Assembly (NCBI GenBank): GCA_949286215.1 | Contig: CASDYX010000014.1 | Span: 18,373 to 82,372, forward strand | From: an uncultured Pseudomonadota bacterium | Lineage (GTDB): Bacteria > Pseudomonadota > Alphaproteobacteria > RF32 > CAG-239 | DNA: 64,000 bases | Reading direction: 5' to 3' | Notes under the pieces: generated by a model | What the model was told of the DNA's origin: nothing | What the model saw: the letters and a program-made list of their open reading frames with translations, nothing else | The model's database searches: none | Position numbers and translations under genes: made by a program | Shown: positions 49,692 through 59,111 of the stretch, one piece after another | Layout of the letters: every line of letters starts with the position of its first letter | Numbering within the stretch: position 1 is the first letter of the stretch

Positions 49692-50261
49692 ATGAGTTAC
49701 ACCAACATAGGAATCTGTTCCAACGCATTATTAAAAATTGGTGCGGAAGGCATCACCTCGTTTGAAGACGGCACGGCGGAAGCAGAAATAGCCTACAGCT
49801 TGTATCCTCTGATTCGCGATAGCTTGCTGTCCTCATATCCGTGGAGTTTTGCCAAAGCGCAAAAAACTTTACCGCGATTAAATGATGTCCCGGTGGCTGA
49901 TTATCAGTATGCTTACTTATTGCCCAATGATTTTTTAAGAGTAATTTCTGCCGGTAACGGACGTAGAGGGCGGGGCATAGAATATCGCATTTACGAAAAT
50001 AGACTTCATACCAATTCAGAAAATGTAAGTCTGAGTTATATCTTTCGTCCGCATGAAAGTACTTTTCCGGCATTTTTCTGCGAGGCACTAATTTCCAAAT
50101 TAGCGGCAGAATTTTGCTTGCCCTTAACCGAGAGCACCACCCGTGCCGAGTTGTTAGAAAAACTAGCCGAAGAAACCATCAATAAAGCACGTCTGGTTGA
50201 TGCGCAACAAGGAACCCCCAGAACATTGGAAGACTATTCATTAATGGAGGCGAGGTTATGA
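49692..50261 (+). CDS. Tail tubular protein A (T7 gp11-like adaptor)
   Basis: ICSNALLKIGA..I, YP..RD.LL..YPWSFA, Y.LP.DFLR and F..ALISKLAAE motifs. Confidence 0.82.
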   Translation: MSYTNIGICSNALLKIGAEGITSFEDGTAEAEIAYSLYPLIRDSLLSSYPWSFAKAQKTLPRLNDVPVADYQYAYLLPNDFLRVISAGNGRRGRGIEYRIYENRLHTNSENVSLSYIFRPHESTFPAFFCEALISKLAAEFCLPLTESTTRAELLEKLAEETINKARLVDAQQGTPRTLEDYSLMEARL

Positions 50262-52159
50262 GTAATTTAGGTTCAGTAAAAACCAATTTTACGGCAGGAC
50301 AGGTTTCCATAGATTTGTTAGGTCGGGGTGATTTGCGGGTTTATGCCAACGGAGCGAGGCACCTTGAAAATGTAATAATTCATCCGACCGGTGGAGTTTC
50401 GCGCCGAAGAGGACTAAAGTTCATCAGCAAGATAGAAAAGCCCATGCGTCTTTTGCCGTTTGAATTTAATACCGAGCAAATATATTTATTGTGTTTGACA
50501 GATAATAAATTGCAGGTTCTAAAGGACGATAAGGTCATTGCCGAATTAGAAACACCGTGGGCAGGGGAACAATTGTTTCAGTTAAACTACACCCAAAGCG
50601 CCGATACATTTTTGATAGTTCACCCCGATGTTCCGCCCAAACAAATCACGCGTAACAATAACGAGGTTTGGAAAATTGAAGATTGGGAATATTATACGAA
50701 GGACGATATGATTTATATGCCTTACTATAATTTCTATCAGAAAAAGCCCAAACTTAAATCGAGCGGCAGTAGCGGGACTGTAACCATGACTTGCGATACG
50801 GATGTGTGGTTTGCAAGCCATGTCGGGAGTTATATTAACTTTCAAAAAGGCCTGGCAAAAATAACCGAAGTAACCGATTCCAAAGTTGTTCAAGCGCAAG
50901 TTATTAAAAGTTTTAGTTCATCCAGTCAAACCAATGATTGGTCAGAGTCAGCGTTTTCTAATGCCAGAGGTTGGCCTGTCTCTGTAACCTTCCATCAAAA
51001 CCGGATGGTAATAGGTGGTTCAAGGGATTTGCCTAACCGTCTATGGTTATCCAAATCATCAGATTTGTTTAACTTTGACTTAGGTACGGCGCTTGATGAT
51101 GAAGCGATAGAATTTGGAATTTTATCTGACCAGGTAAATGCCATCAAGGCGGTAGTTTCTTCCAGACACTTACTAGTGTTTACCACCGGTGCCGAGTGGA
51201 TGGTTACTGGCGAGCCTTTAACTCCTGAAAAAATCCAACTCAAACGTCAAACCAATGTTGGCATTTATTCGGAGAAAGTTTTGGCTCCCCAACAAATTGA
51301 TGGAGCAACGGTATTTGTTTCCAGAAGTGGCAGACAATTAAGAGAGTTTCTCTATACCGATGTTGAGCAAGCCTATCAAGCTAAGGACTTAACAATTCTA
51401 TCTAATGATATTATTCAGTCTCCACGAGATATAGGCTTTGACCAAGATGCTTGTGTTTTATATCTGGTTTTGGAAGATGGAACGATTTCTTGCCTTACAA
51501 CTTATCGCACAGAGGAAGTAACGGCTTGGAGTAAATTAACAACATCTGGAAAATTTTTATCCGTTGCCGTAATTGGTACCGAAATTTATTTTTGTGTGCA
51601 GCGCGCTAACGGTTATTTTCTGGAGAAACTAGCAGATGATTATTATTCTGATTGCGCCATACGCCTTACATCAGAAGTAGCACAAAGAGAGTGGGGTGGG
51701 CTTGAAAATCTGGAAGGAGAGAAGGTTGTTGTTCTGGCCAATGGCTTTAGTTTAGGTGAATTTCAGGTAGAAGAGGGAGAAATACACCTCTTAGATGAAG
51801 CAACTGAAATTTTGGTCGGTATCCCCTATGAACATTGGATAGAACCTCTGCCATACATGGTAGAGAGTGAAAGGCCATATTCTCCGAAAGCACTAAGAGT
51901 AATCAATGCACGCTTTCGAATTATAAATTCCAAATCTTTGTGTATTGATATTGGCGGTGGATATTTCCAATATCCATTAAAAAGAATTCATCAGGATCAG
52001 ATTTTTGATGCTCCGCCAATGACTTATTCAGGAGATGTGCAGATGAGAGCTTTAGGCTGGATAAGAGATATGAATAAACCGATGTGGAGTATAAAAAGTA
52101 ATGAGCCTTTGGCTTTTACGCTTTTATCCGCAGTAGTAGAAATAAAACTCAAAGAATAA
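50258..52159 (+). CDS. Tail tubular protein B (T7 gp12-like nozzle)
   Basis: NFTAGQVS...GR.D, GG..RRRG, FHQNRMVIGG..P.RLWLS and W.KL.T.G.F motifs. Confidence 0.85.
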   Translation: MSNLGSVKTNFTAGQVSIDLLGRGDLRVYANGARHLENVIIHPTGGVSRRRGLKFISKIEKPMRLLPFEFNTEQIYLLCLTDNKLQVLKDDKVIAELETPWAGEQLFQLNYTQSADTFLIVHPDVPPKQITRNNNEVWKIEDWEYYTKDDMIYMPYYNFYQKKPKLKSSGSSGTVTMTCDTDVWFASHVGSYINFQKGLAKITEVTDSKVVQAQVIKSFSSSSQTNDWSESAFSNARGWPVSVTFHQNRMVIGGSRDLPNRLWLSKSSDLFNFDLGTALDDEAIEFGILSDQVNAIKAVVSSRHLLVFTTGAEWMVTGEPLTPEKIQLKRQTNVGIYSEKVLAPQQIDGATVFVSRSGRQLREFLYTDVEQAYQAKDLTILSNDIIQSPRDIGFDQDACVLYLVLEDGTISCLTTYRTEEVTAWSKLTTSGKFLSVAVIGTEIYFCVQRANGYFLEKLADDYYSDCAIRLTSEVAQREWGGLENLEGEKVVVLANGFSLGEFQVEEGEIHLLDEATEILVGIPYEHWIEPLPYMVESERPYSPKALRVINARFRIINSKSLCIDIGGGYFQYPLKRIHQDQIFDAPPMTYSGDVQMRALGWIRDMNKPMWSIKSNEPLAFTLLSAVVEIKLKE

Positions 52160-52169
52160 AGGAGGAACC

Positions 52170-52568
52170 ATGGGAGAGTTAATGACGGCTCAAAATGCAA
52201 GTAAGGGAGCAAGCAGTACTCAAGAAATTTATAATATGATTGAAGACAATAAAAATCTTCGAGATAATTATGAGCTTAATCAATATAATCTCGTTCACAA
52301 ACAACGCTCCAATCACTTGAAAAAACAAAATATCCTAGAGGAGAACCTAGCCAAACGCCGAGCGCGTGTGGCGGCAATGGGTATGAGCGGCGATGGTTCT
52401 GCTTCTGCCGAACAAAAAAGAGAAGCCTATGAAGGATATAAAGATATTGCGGAAGATGATTACGATTATTATCAGCAATATAAAACCAACAGGGTTAACA
52501 CAAAATATAAAATTCGCAGCAATGCGGTAAATGGTATTTTAAATGCGACCCAAAGCCTACTCAAATAA
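52170..52568 (+). CDS. Putative internal virion (ejection) protein
   Basis: 132 aa helical, RARVAAMGMSGDGS motif; last gene before the terminator. Confidence 0.5.
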   Translation: MGELMTAQNASKGASSTQEIYNMIEDNKNLRDNYELNQYNLVHKQRSNHLKKQNILEENLAKRRARVAAMGMSGDGSASAEQKREAYEGYKDIAEDDYDYYQQYKTNRVNTKYKIRSNAVNGILNATQSLLK

Positions 52569-52574
52569 AAAAAC

Positions 52575-52610
52575 AACTCCGCCGTTTTACGGCGGAGTTA
52601 TTTTTTTTTT
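52575..52610 (+). terminator. Terminator ending the virion operon
   Basis: AACTCCGCCGT/ACGGCGGAGTT stem plus long T run. Confidence 0.8.
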
Positions 52611-52677
52611 GTAAGGAATTAAGAGAATTTTAAAAAAATGGGGGTAACTTCAAAAAAAATCAAAAAAAAGGTTAACA

Positions 52678-53376
52678 ATGAAAGGCGATATTACGGAAGA
52701 AATAGTTCACGTACGCGGTATTCCGCAAAAGGTGATTGTTTTTTTGCATGGTTATATAGATAACTGTGAATGCCTAAATCATCGAATAGAAGCCTTTGCC
52801 GATAGTTTTGATAATACGGCATTTCATATTCCAGAAGCTCCGCTTTTGTGCGAAATTCATGAAGGAAAACGTCAGTGGTTTTCAATGCATCGTTTTGACC
52901 CTAATGATGACCGCAAAACCGTACCAAGCCTTGAGGAATGTCTGGACTTTTACGAAAAAATGACCCCCGGTTTCGAAGAAAGCAGTACGATTGTACAACG
53001 CTATATAGAAAATTGCCTTAATCTTTATGGTTTGGAATATAAAGATTTGTGTCTGTGCGGTTTTTCACAAGGCGCCATGCTAGCCATATATACGGCATTA
53101 AGAATGCAAGAAAAAATAGCCGGCTGTGTTAGTTTTAGCGGTTTACTGACGGCATCAAAATTTTTTGCTAAACACAAACCCAATACGCCGCCGCTTTTGT
53201 TAATCCATGGTACTGCAGACAATTTGGTTCGTTATTCTGTAATGGAATATTCCAAAGAAAAGTTGGAAAAGTTGGGGTGTGCTGTGCAAACTTACACCGT
53301 TCCTGACGGACAACATCGAATTACGGAAGATGGCCTCCAAGCAGCAACCAAATTTATCACTCAGTGTTTTAAATAA
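52678..53376 (+). CDS. Phospholipase/carboxylesterase family hydrolase
   Basis: FLHGY, GFSQGAM, IHGTADNLV and GQHRI motifs. Confidence 0.88.
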   Translation: MKGDITEEIVHVRGIPQKVIVFLHGYIDNCECLNHRIEAFADSFDNTAFHIPEAPLLCEIHEGKRQWFSMHRFDPNDDRKTVPSLEECLDFYEKMTPGFEESSTIVQRYIENCLNLYGLEYKDLCLCGFSQGAMLAIYTALRMQEKIAGCVSFSGLLTASKFFAKHKPNTPPLLLIHGTADNLVRYSVMEYSKEKLEKLGCAVQTYTVPDGQHRITEDGLQAATKFITQCFK

Positions 53377-54394
53377 AAGGTTCGGCAATGATTAAACCGC
53401 CGTTTCCAATCAGGTTGTTTCCTTTGCGCTCAATTTTTAAGTCAGAACCTGAGCCAAAATTTCTCTCATAAATTTCCCCATAGTTGCCGATATCACTCAT
53501 AGAGTTTCGAAGCCAATTGGGAGAAAGACCGAATTTTGCCCAAAGTTTGGGATTGTCGCCTAAAAGATTTTGTAAAGACAAATCTTTAGCACCGATGAAA
53601 ATATTTATGTTTTGCGAAGAGATATTATGTTCTTCAGAGAGTTTCAAAGCATTAAAAATCCATTTTACGATAATGCGTAAACTATTATTGTCTTTTGCAA
53701 CCAAAGCATAAATAGGTTTAATGGCAATTGGTTCCGGTAACAATACAACATCATTTTTAGAGCTAAAGCGTTTTTCTTTCAGCGCTTGCAAGACAAGAGC
53801 ATTACCGGTCAGAAGTTGGCACCGATTGAGTAAGAAAGCCTCTTCTGCCCGTTTTTTTGTTTTAAAAGACAAAAGCTTAAAATCAAGTTTGTAAGTATCA
53901 CTGTAATTTAATAAGTTGTGGTAATCAATAGTGTCATTAACCACACAAACTTTTGCGCCTTTATAAGCCTCCATAGATTTTGCATCAGGAATTTTTTTTG
54001 CTAAAAATGTTTGCTGTTCATAATAGAGAATATCTACCGGCATAAATTTTGATGTAATTTCATCTTTAGCGGAATAATTGCTACCACTGAGCATGATGTC
54101 AATTTTATTAGAAGCGAGAGCTTGTGTTACATCTTCTGGAGCGATATTAACCATTTGAAAGCGGTCGCCACGATTAAAAACGCCGTAAGAAATAGCTTTG
54201 CAGATATCTACGTCAAAACCATGCCAAAAGCCATCTTCATCTTTGTTGGCAAAGGCTTTCGTTTGCAGGTCTGTTCCGCAACGCACAATCCCGCGAGTTT
54301 GAATGTAGCGCAAACCGGCATCTCCGGCAGCCAAAGCGCCATTGGCTGAACTCACAAAAAGACTTAAACAAGCAAACAAGCGGAATAGTTTCAT
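53369..54394 (-). CDS. Amino-acid ABC transporter substrate-binding protein (AapJ/BztA-like)
   Basis: RGIVRCG, GFDVDICKAI and GNYGEIYERNFG motifs; no permease adjacent. Confidence 0.85.
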   Translation of the reverse strand: MKLFRLFACLSLFVSSANGALAAGDAGLRYIQTRGIVRCGTDLQTKAFANKDEDGFWHGFDVDICKAISYGVFNRGDRFQMVNIAPEDVTQALASNKIDIMLSGSNYSAKDEITSKFMPVDILYYEQQTFLAKKIPDAKSMEAYKGAKVCVVNDTIDYHNLLNYSDTYKLDFKLLSFKTKKRAEEAFLLNRCQLLTGNALVLQALKEKRFSSKNDVVLLPEPIAIKPIYALVAKDNNSLRIIVKWIFNALKLSEEHNISSQNINIFIGAKDLSLQNLLGDNPKLWAKFGLSPNWLRNSMSDIGNYGEIYERNFGSGSDLKIERKGNNLIGNGGLIIAEPFI

Positions 54395-54454
54395 TTTATT
54401 AACCAATTTTTGTTAAACTACCAATAATTCAAAAATTAATATAAGGCAATTTTT

Positions 54455-55132
54455 ATGAAAAGTAAGATTTTTTTACGACTTATCACATTGAGTTTATGCT
54501 CTATCTTAAGTCTGAATGCATATGCTGCGACCATTTCATCTAATGAGGCAAAAGTATGGGTCGAGGACAAAGGAAAAGAATTGTTGGATACCTTTGGTGA
54601 AACAGACTTGGAAAAACGCTACCGCGCGTTAGATAAAATGTTTTTGGAAGATATTGATTTAGATTATATTTCTAAATTTGTAGTCGGTAAATATTGGCGC
54701 CAAATGAGTGCAGAGCAACAACAACGCTATCAGCAAATTTTTCAACGCTATGCCTTGAGTGTCTATAAGAGTTTTCCGTTGGATTTTGATACTTCAAAAA
54801 TCACTTTTGATATTTTGTCTGTAAGGATTGAGCCTAATTATGCCAATGTTCGCGCCAATATTCACCTTAACCAACCATCAGAGACTTCTCAAACACAAGA
54901 ACTGCAAAATATAATTGTTGAATTTCGTCTCAATAAGACCAATGGTAAATTAAGAATTGTCGATTTGAAATTAGGCGAAAGTAGTTTGATTCTCTCATAT
55001 CGTAGTCGTTTTTATGAAATGATAGCCCAAAGCGATAATGATATGGAATGGTTTTTGGAAGATTTGGAAACAATTACCCAATCAACAGAAACTCAAAACC
55101 GCCAAAAATTAGAAAATCAACAATATTTATAA
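54455..55132 (+). CDS. MlaC/Ttg2D-like phospholipid-binding protein
   Basis: Signal peptide; FVVGKYWR, RIVDL..GE.SLILSYRSRF. Confidence 0.8.
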   Translation: MKSKIFLRLITLSLCSILSLNAYAATISSNEAKVWVEDKGKELLDTFGETDLEKRYRALDKMFLEDIDLDYISKFVVGKYWRQMSAEQQQRYQQIFQRYALSVYKSFPLDFDTSKITFDILSVRIEPNYANVRANIHLNQPSETSQTQELQNIIVEFRLNKTNGKLRIVDLKLGESSLILSYRSRFYEMIAQSDNDMEWFLEDLETITQSTETQNRQKLENQQYL

Positions 55133-55166
55133 AAAACACTCCTCAGAAAACTGAGGAGTGTTTTTT
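55131..55166. terminator. Bidirectional terminator
   Basis: AAAAAACACTCCTCAG/CTGAGGAGTGTTTTTT. Confidence 0.8.
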
Positions 55167-55184
55167 TATTGCTTAGTTAGCTAT

Positions 55185-56675
55185 TTATTTTTTAGCTACT
55201 TTGGCAGAAGAGTTTTGAGCAAACATACTGTTATATGCTTTTTTTATCTCTGCAACTTGCGTCTTAAATTTCTTTAAGTTATTACCTTTCAAATTTTCGC
55301 CTGCAGCAGCTTTAATTTTGAGAGGGTTAACGCGTCTGCCGTTTTTAACGACTTCATAGTGAAGGTGAGGACCGGTCGAGCGTCCTGTGCTGCCAACATA
55401 GCCGATAACTTGTCCTTGCTTAACGCGCACGCCGGGGCGAATTCCTTTGGCAAATCTTTGCATGTGTCCATAAGCAGTAGAATATTCCGAGTTGTGGCGA
55501 ATTTTAATGTAATTTCCGTAGCCGCCATTATATTTAGCGACTTGAACCACGCCGTCACCGCCGGCATAAATGGCAGTACCTTTAGGAGCGGCATAATCTA
55601 CGCCCCAGTGAATAATGACTCTCTTTAAGATAGGGTGTCTTCTTTTTCCAAAAGGAGAGGAGATGCGAGCATTTTGAAAAGCTAAAGGTTTGCGGTGTAA
55701 GGTGCGTTTCATTGCCAAACCTTTTTCATTATAATAATCAACATTTCCTTTAGAGTCGGTAAAACGATAAAGCTCTAATTTGTCTTTTCTTAAGATTAAG
55801 CCGGCATAAATGATGTTTCCGGTTTTAACCACTTCACCACTGGGGGTAATATGATTTTCATAAATCACTTCAAATTTATCGCCATTTCTGACATCGCGTC
55901 TAAAATCCACGGCAGCCCCAAATAAATTACTGAATTTTGCCACGATTTTTCCGGGAACGCCTTGTTTGCGCATAGAAACTGAAAGTGAGCCTGAGATTGT
56001 ACCTGTTGCGCTGTTAACTTCTTCCAGAAGCTCATCTTTTTCGGCTTTTGCAATATATTGGTTTTGGTCATTTTTTTCCAGAATATAGCGATGACCGACT
56101 TTGGGTTCAATGACTAAAGAATCTAACGAAATTAAGGCATTTGTTTGAGTATCTTGAGTGAGTGAAACATGGAGCTTTTGACCGATTCGTAAACTTGCAG
56201 GATTATAAACTTTTTTCAGAGTCGTAAAAATGGAGTGAGCATCATTATAGGACATTCCCAAGTCGGTCAATAACGAAATAAAGGTATCACCCTTTTGTAC
56301 AACAAGCTCTTTTTCCAGATGTTGCTCTTTTTCTTCAACTTCCACCATACCTTGAAGAGAGCGAATATTTTCAATAGATTTTGCCGGATAGAGAGACGGG
56401 GAAACTTCTTGTTGGAGGCTATCATCCAATGCATTTTCAAGAATAATATAATTAATAGAATCCGTCGGAGCGATAGAGGCATTAACGTTTGAGTTATTGG
56501 TCAAAGACAAAATAAAGGCAATAGCAATGGCTCCGGCATATCCCAAAGCAATAACTTTGTGTTTGTTGCGGCGTTTTACCACCAAACGAACATAACGCAA
56601 TTGACCAACGCGATTTTTGAGCAAAGTTGCGATTCTTTGAATATCAATGTTTTTATATTTTTGAAACAAATTCAT
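55185..56675 (-). CDS. M23 family peptidoglycan endopeptidase (MepM-like)
   Basis: HWGVDYAAP (HxxxD), YGHM and TGPHLHYE (HxH) motifs. Confidence 0.9.
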   Translation of the reverse strand: MNLFQKYKNIDIQRIATLLKNRVGQLRYVRLVVKRRNKHKVIALGYAGAIAIAFILSLTNNSNVNASIAPTDSINYIILENALDDSLQQEVSPSLYPAKSIENIRSLQGMVEVEEKEQHLEKELVVQKGDTFISLLTDLGMSYNDAHSIFTTLKKVYNPASLRIGQKLHVSLTQDTQTNALISLDSLVIEPKVGHRYILEKNDQNQYIAKAEKDELLEEVNSATGTISGSLSVSMRKQGVPGKIVAKFSNLFGAAVDFRRDVRNGDKFEVIYENHITPSGEVVKTGNIIYAGLILRKDKLELYRFTDSKGNVDYYNEKGLAMKRTLHRKPLAFQNARISSPFGKRRHPILKRVIIHWGVDYAAPKGTAIYAGGDGVVQVAKYNGGYGNYIKIRHNSEYSTAYGHMQRFAKGIRPGVRVKQGQVIGYVGSTGRSTGPHLHYEVVKNGRRVNPLKIKAAAGENLKGNNLKKFKTQVAEIKKAYNSMFAQNSSAKVAKK

Positions 56676-56847
56676 AGTATAATACCATTAAAGTTAAACA
56701 CAGTTATTGCGCCTAAAAAACCGCAACAATGACACGAATATATTCAATTATAGCAAAAACGCCAAGATTTTTCTAGTTATAATGTGCATAAGTTAGTATA
56801 TAAAACAGTGGTTTAGAAAAAATTAATAAAAAAATTAAAAAAAGTAC

Positions 56848-56876
56848 TTGCTTTTATTTTTAGAGTTGGTTATAAG
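56848..56876 (+). promoter_or_regulatory. sigma70-like promoter of tRNA-Asp
   Basis: TTGCTT-N17-TATAAG. Confidence 0.6.
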
Positions 56877-56890
56877 ATAAAACGTCCCTT

Positions 56891-56967
56891 GGGGGTGTAG
56901 CTCAGTTGGTTAGAGCGCCTGCCTGTCACGCAGGAGGTCGCGAGTTCGAGCCTCGTCACTCCCGCCA
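56891..56967 (+). tRNA. tRNA-Asp (anticodon GTC)
   Basis: GGGGGTGTAGCTCAGTTGGTTAGAGCGCCTGCCTGTCACGCAGGAGGTCGCGAGTTCGAGCCTCGTCACTCCCGCCA. Confidence 0.97.
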
Positions 56968-57282
56968 CTTAAAAGCCGTCGCAAGACGGTTTTTTTGTTT
57001 TTGAAGAAAAGGCGAGAAGGAGCGACCTCGGTCGCGAGCTCGAGGATAAAATCAACCGTTGCTCCGGTTGATTTTACCGCAAGAGGCGAAGTTTTGTTGT
57101 CGAGCAAAACAAGCGTGAGCTTGTAAAGCGAGACTTAAAAAACGAGTGACCGACGCGCGGTTAGTGAGCGGTATTGCGAACTTACCAAGCTAGAGGAGCA
57201 TCAATACTCCCGCCACTTAAAAGCCGTCGCAAGACGGTTTTTTGTTTTTGAAGAAAAGGCGAGAAGGAGCGACCTCGGTCGC
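56958..57282 (+). repeat. 78/77-bp direct repeat (tRNA 3' end + terminator + tail) flanking a hairpin-rich spacer
   Basis: 56958-57035 and 57206-57282 are identical except for one T in the T run. Confidence 0.9.
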
Positions 57283-57351
57283 AAATCAAATTGACATAAC
57301 TCTAAAATTCTTTAATATGACCCATAATTTCTAATTTTTAATATTACAGTT

Positions 57352-57876
57352 ATGGAACATTATTATTTTATCCGCAATTATAAGGCGGGAATTCTAGATT
57401 CTGTGGAAATGGAGCTCTTTAGAGCATGGCCGTCACCTCCACAATTTAAAGAATGGTTTAAGCTGTTTAGAGAATCTTTAGGTACGCACTCTCAAATTCT
57501 TGTTGCCTTAGATGAAAAAGAAAAAATCATTGGGGGAGCAGGAATAAAAATCAGAGACAAAGACAAACCCAAAAGAAAATCTAAAGAAATAATTCTGATG
57601 TGGATTTTTGTTATAGAAGAATATAGAAGACAAGGTCTGGCCACAAGGATGCTTAAACAGGTTCAAATGATGGAGAGAACGCCTGTGACGCAAATGGTAC
57701 ATTTTGGGTGTTGCTCAAGTATGGGAATGCAATTTTGTGGTAAAAACGGATGCAGACTTATCTCATACGAAGATTTTACCAGAAAAGATAACTATGGGTT
57801 TACCAAGAAAGACCAGTATGTATCTTACTTGCAAGAGGCTAAAAAAGCAGCACGCATGAAACTAAAAAAGAAATGA
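57352..57876 (+). CDS. GNAT-family acetyltransferase
   Basis: IFVIEEYRRQGLATRML acetyl-CoA motif A. Confidence 0.8.
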   Translation: MEHYYFIRNYKAGILDSVEMELFRAWPSPPQFKEWFKLFRESLGTHSQILVALDEKEKIIGGAGIKIRDKDKPKRKSKEIILMWIFVIEEYRRQGLATRMLKQVQMMERTPVTQMVHFGCCSSMGMQFCGKNGCRLISYEDFTRKDNYGFTKKDQYVSYLQEAKKAARMKLKKK

Positions 57877-57877
57877 T

Positions 57878-57906
57878 AAAAGGCGGAGAACTTCTCCGCC
57901 TTTTTC
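57878..57906. terminator. Bidirectional terminator
   Basis: AAAAGGCGGAGAA/TTCTCCGCCTTTT. Confidence 0.7.
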
Positions 57907-57908
57907 TT

Positions 57909-58514
57909 TTAGAGTTCGTGAACAGCTTGGTTAATAGAAAGAATAACTCTGGACTTGTTCTCAAAAAATTGAAGAACATTAATCTGGTCAAAGTCATTCC
58001 AATCGCCCACTCGCAATTTGATGATATCACCTTTTTGAGCTCCCAGAAGATGAGATGTGAATCTATCTTCGGCAAAAAAACATACAAATTCATTTGATGC
58101 TTGCGTGAGAAACCAATAATAGAGGTTAGGTGAATGATCGTTATTGGGAGAGGAAAGCACAAAACATTGTTCTAAGGTAATATTTGCTTCAAAGAAAGTG
58201 CCCCGGTTGAGTAATATTTTTTGAGTGCCAATATTTACCCACGAGCGTGTAAGATTTTTGCATTCCGAAACGCCCATTACCCATGATTTTTCATAAACAA
58301 CTTTTAATTTGAGAGAGAGGACATCATTCTCTTGTGCCAAAACAAACTGAGCAATGTCAGAAAAAAGTACTGCACAGCGAAAAAATGCATCATCCTGAGT
58401 AGTAATGTCACAACAAAATGGATAATTAAAATCTCCAACATATTCGATTTTAATTTTGCGAACACAAAGTTTCACTTCATATTCGTCCCCTGACTTACAA
58501 TAAGAAGTTTTCAT
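57909..58514 (-). CDS. Hypothetical protein
   Basis: 201-aa ORF, no motif recognised. Confidence 0.55.
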   Translation of the reverse strand: MKTSYCKSGDEYEVKLCVRKIKIEYVGDFNYPFCCDITTQDDAFFRCAVLFSDIAQFVLAQENDVLSLKLKVVYEKSWVMGVSECKNLTRSWVNIGTQKILLNRGTFFEANITLEQCFVLSSPNNDHSPNLYYWFLTQASNEFVCFFAEDRFTSHLLGAQKGDIIKLRVGDWNDFDQINVLQFFENKSRVILSINQAVHEL

Positions 58515-58602
58515 AAATTAAAAATTTTTTTAAGTCCGACAATAATTTAACAAATATAGATTATTGCCAGCAAACTATGACAAAAAATGTCAAACGTCAA
58601 GT

Positions 58603-59004
58603 CTATTCAAAAAATGAGCTCTTGACCTCATTGATTGTAGGCCAAATTTCTCCTTCTTTAGCGCACTTAACGCCTAAGAAAATTTTTGTTTTAGCGGTAA
58701 TGCGGAATAAGTTTTTCAAATCCTGAAAATATTTGCGAACATAAAAATAGTTTTCAGGCTTGAGTTCCCAAGATTCTTGTTTGATGTCATCATTTGATTG
58801 ATAAATCACCAAGTTGTTATCTAAAAAATAACCACGCGGGTAATTTTGCAAAACGTGAGAGGTTTGTTCGTTATCCAAGCCCAAATTAGCCAAAATATCT
58901 CGATGAGAAGAAGGTTGTCCGCTTTCGCCTAAGATAAGACCCACTTCTGGGATAATGATAAAAGCACGGCGTTTTTCGTGATAAGCCTTAACGGACTGAT
59001 TCAT
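58603..59004 (-). CDS. Hypothetical protein
   Basis: GAGGAG RBS before ATG at 59004 (MNQSVK). Confidence 0.55.
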   Translation of the reverse strand: MNQSVKAYHEKRRAFIIIPEVGLILGESGQPSSHRDILANLGLDNEQTSHVLQNYPRGYFLDNNLVIYQSNDDIKQESWELKPENYFYVRKYFQDLKNLFRITAKTKIFLGVKCAKEGEIWPTINEVKSSFFE

Positions 59005-59111
59005 TGTTCTCTCCTCAAAAATTAAAAATACAAACAATAGTATAGCGAGAAGGTATTTAAACATTATTAACTTTCCCTATATAAAATAAAGCCAACAGAA
59101 AGGAGAGGAAA

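Larger units (their letters stand above)
41218..52568 (+). mobile_element. Podovirus-derived virion gene cluster without integrase or replication genes: candidate GTA or domesticated prophage
   Basis: Repressor, terS/terL, lysis genes, portal, scaffold, capsid and tail tubes A/B; all frames intact; no att repeat seen; core genes on both sides. Confidence 0.8.

Noticed and set aside
41218-52568. Complete inducible prophage
   Set aside because: No integrase, replication, recombination or tail-fibre genes and no flanking att repeats seen; the flanks are host genes. A decayed prophage cannot be fully excluded.
45978-52568. Diversity-generating retroelement, given the BPP-1-like genes
   Set aside because: No reverse transcriptase ORF and no TR/VR repeat pair in the window.
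52600-52675. Homopolymer A/T tracts as phase-variable elements
   Set aside because: They are part of the terminator and an AT-rich promoter region; no frame or spacing effect can be shown.
56910-57107. 65-aa minus-strand ORF
   Set aside because: Antisense to tRNA-Asp and its repeat; spurious.
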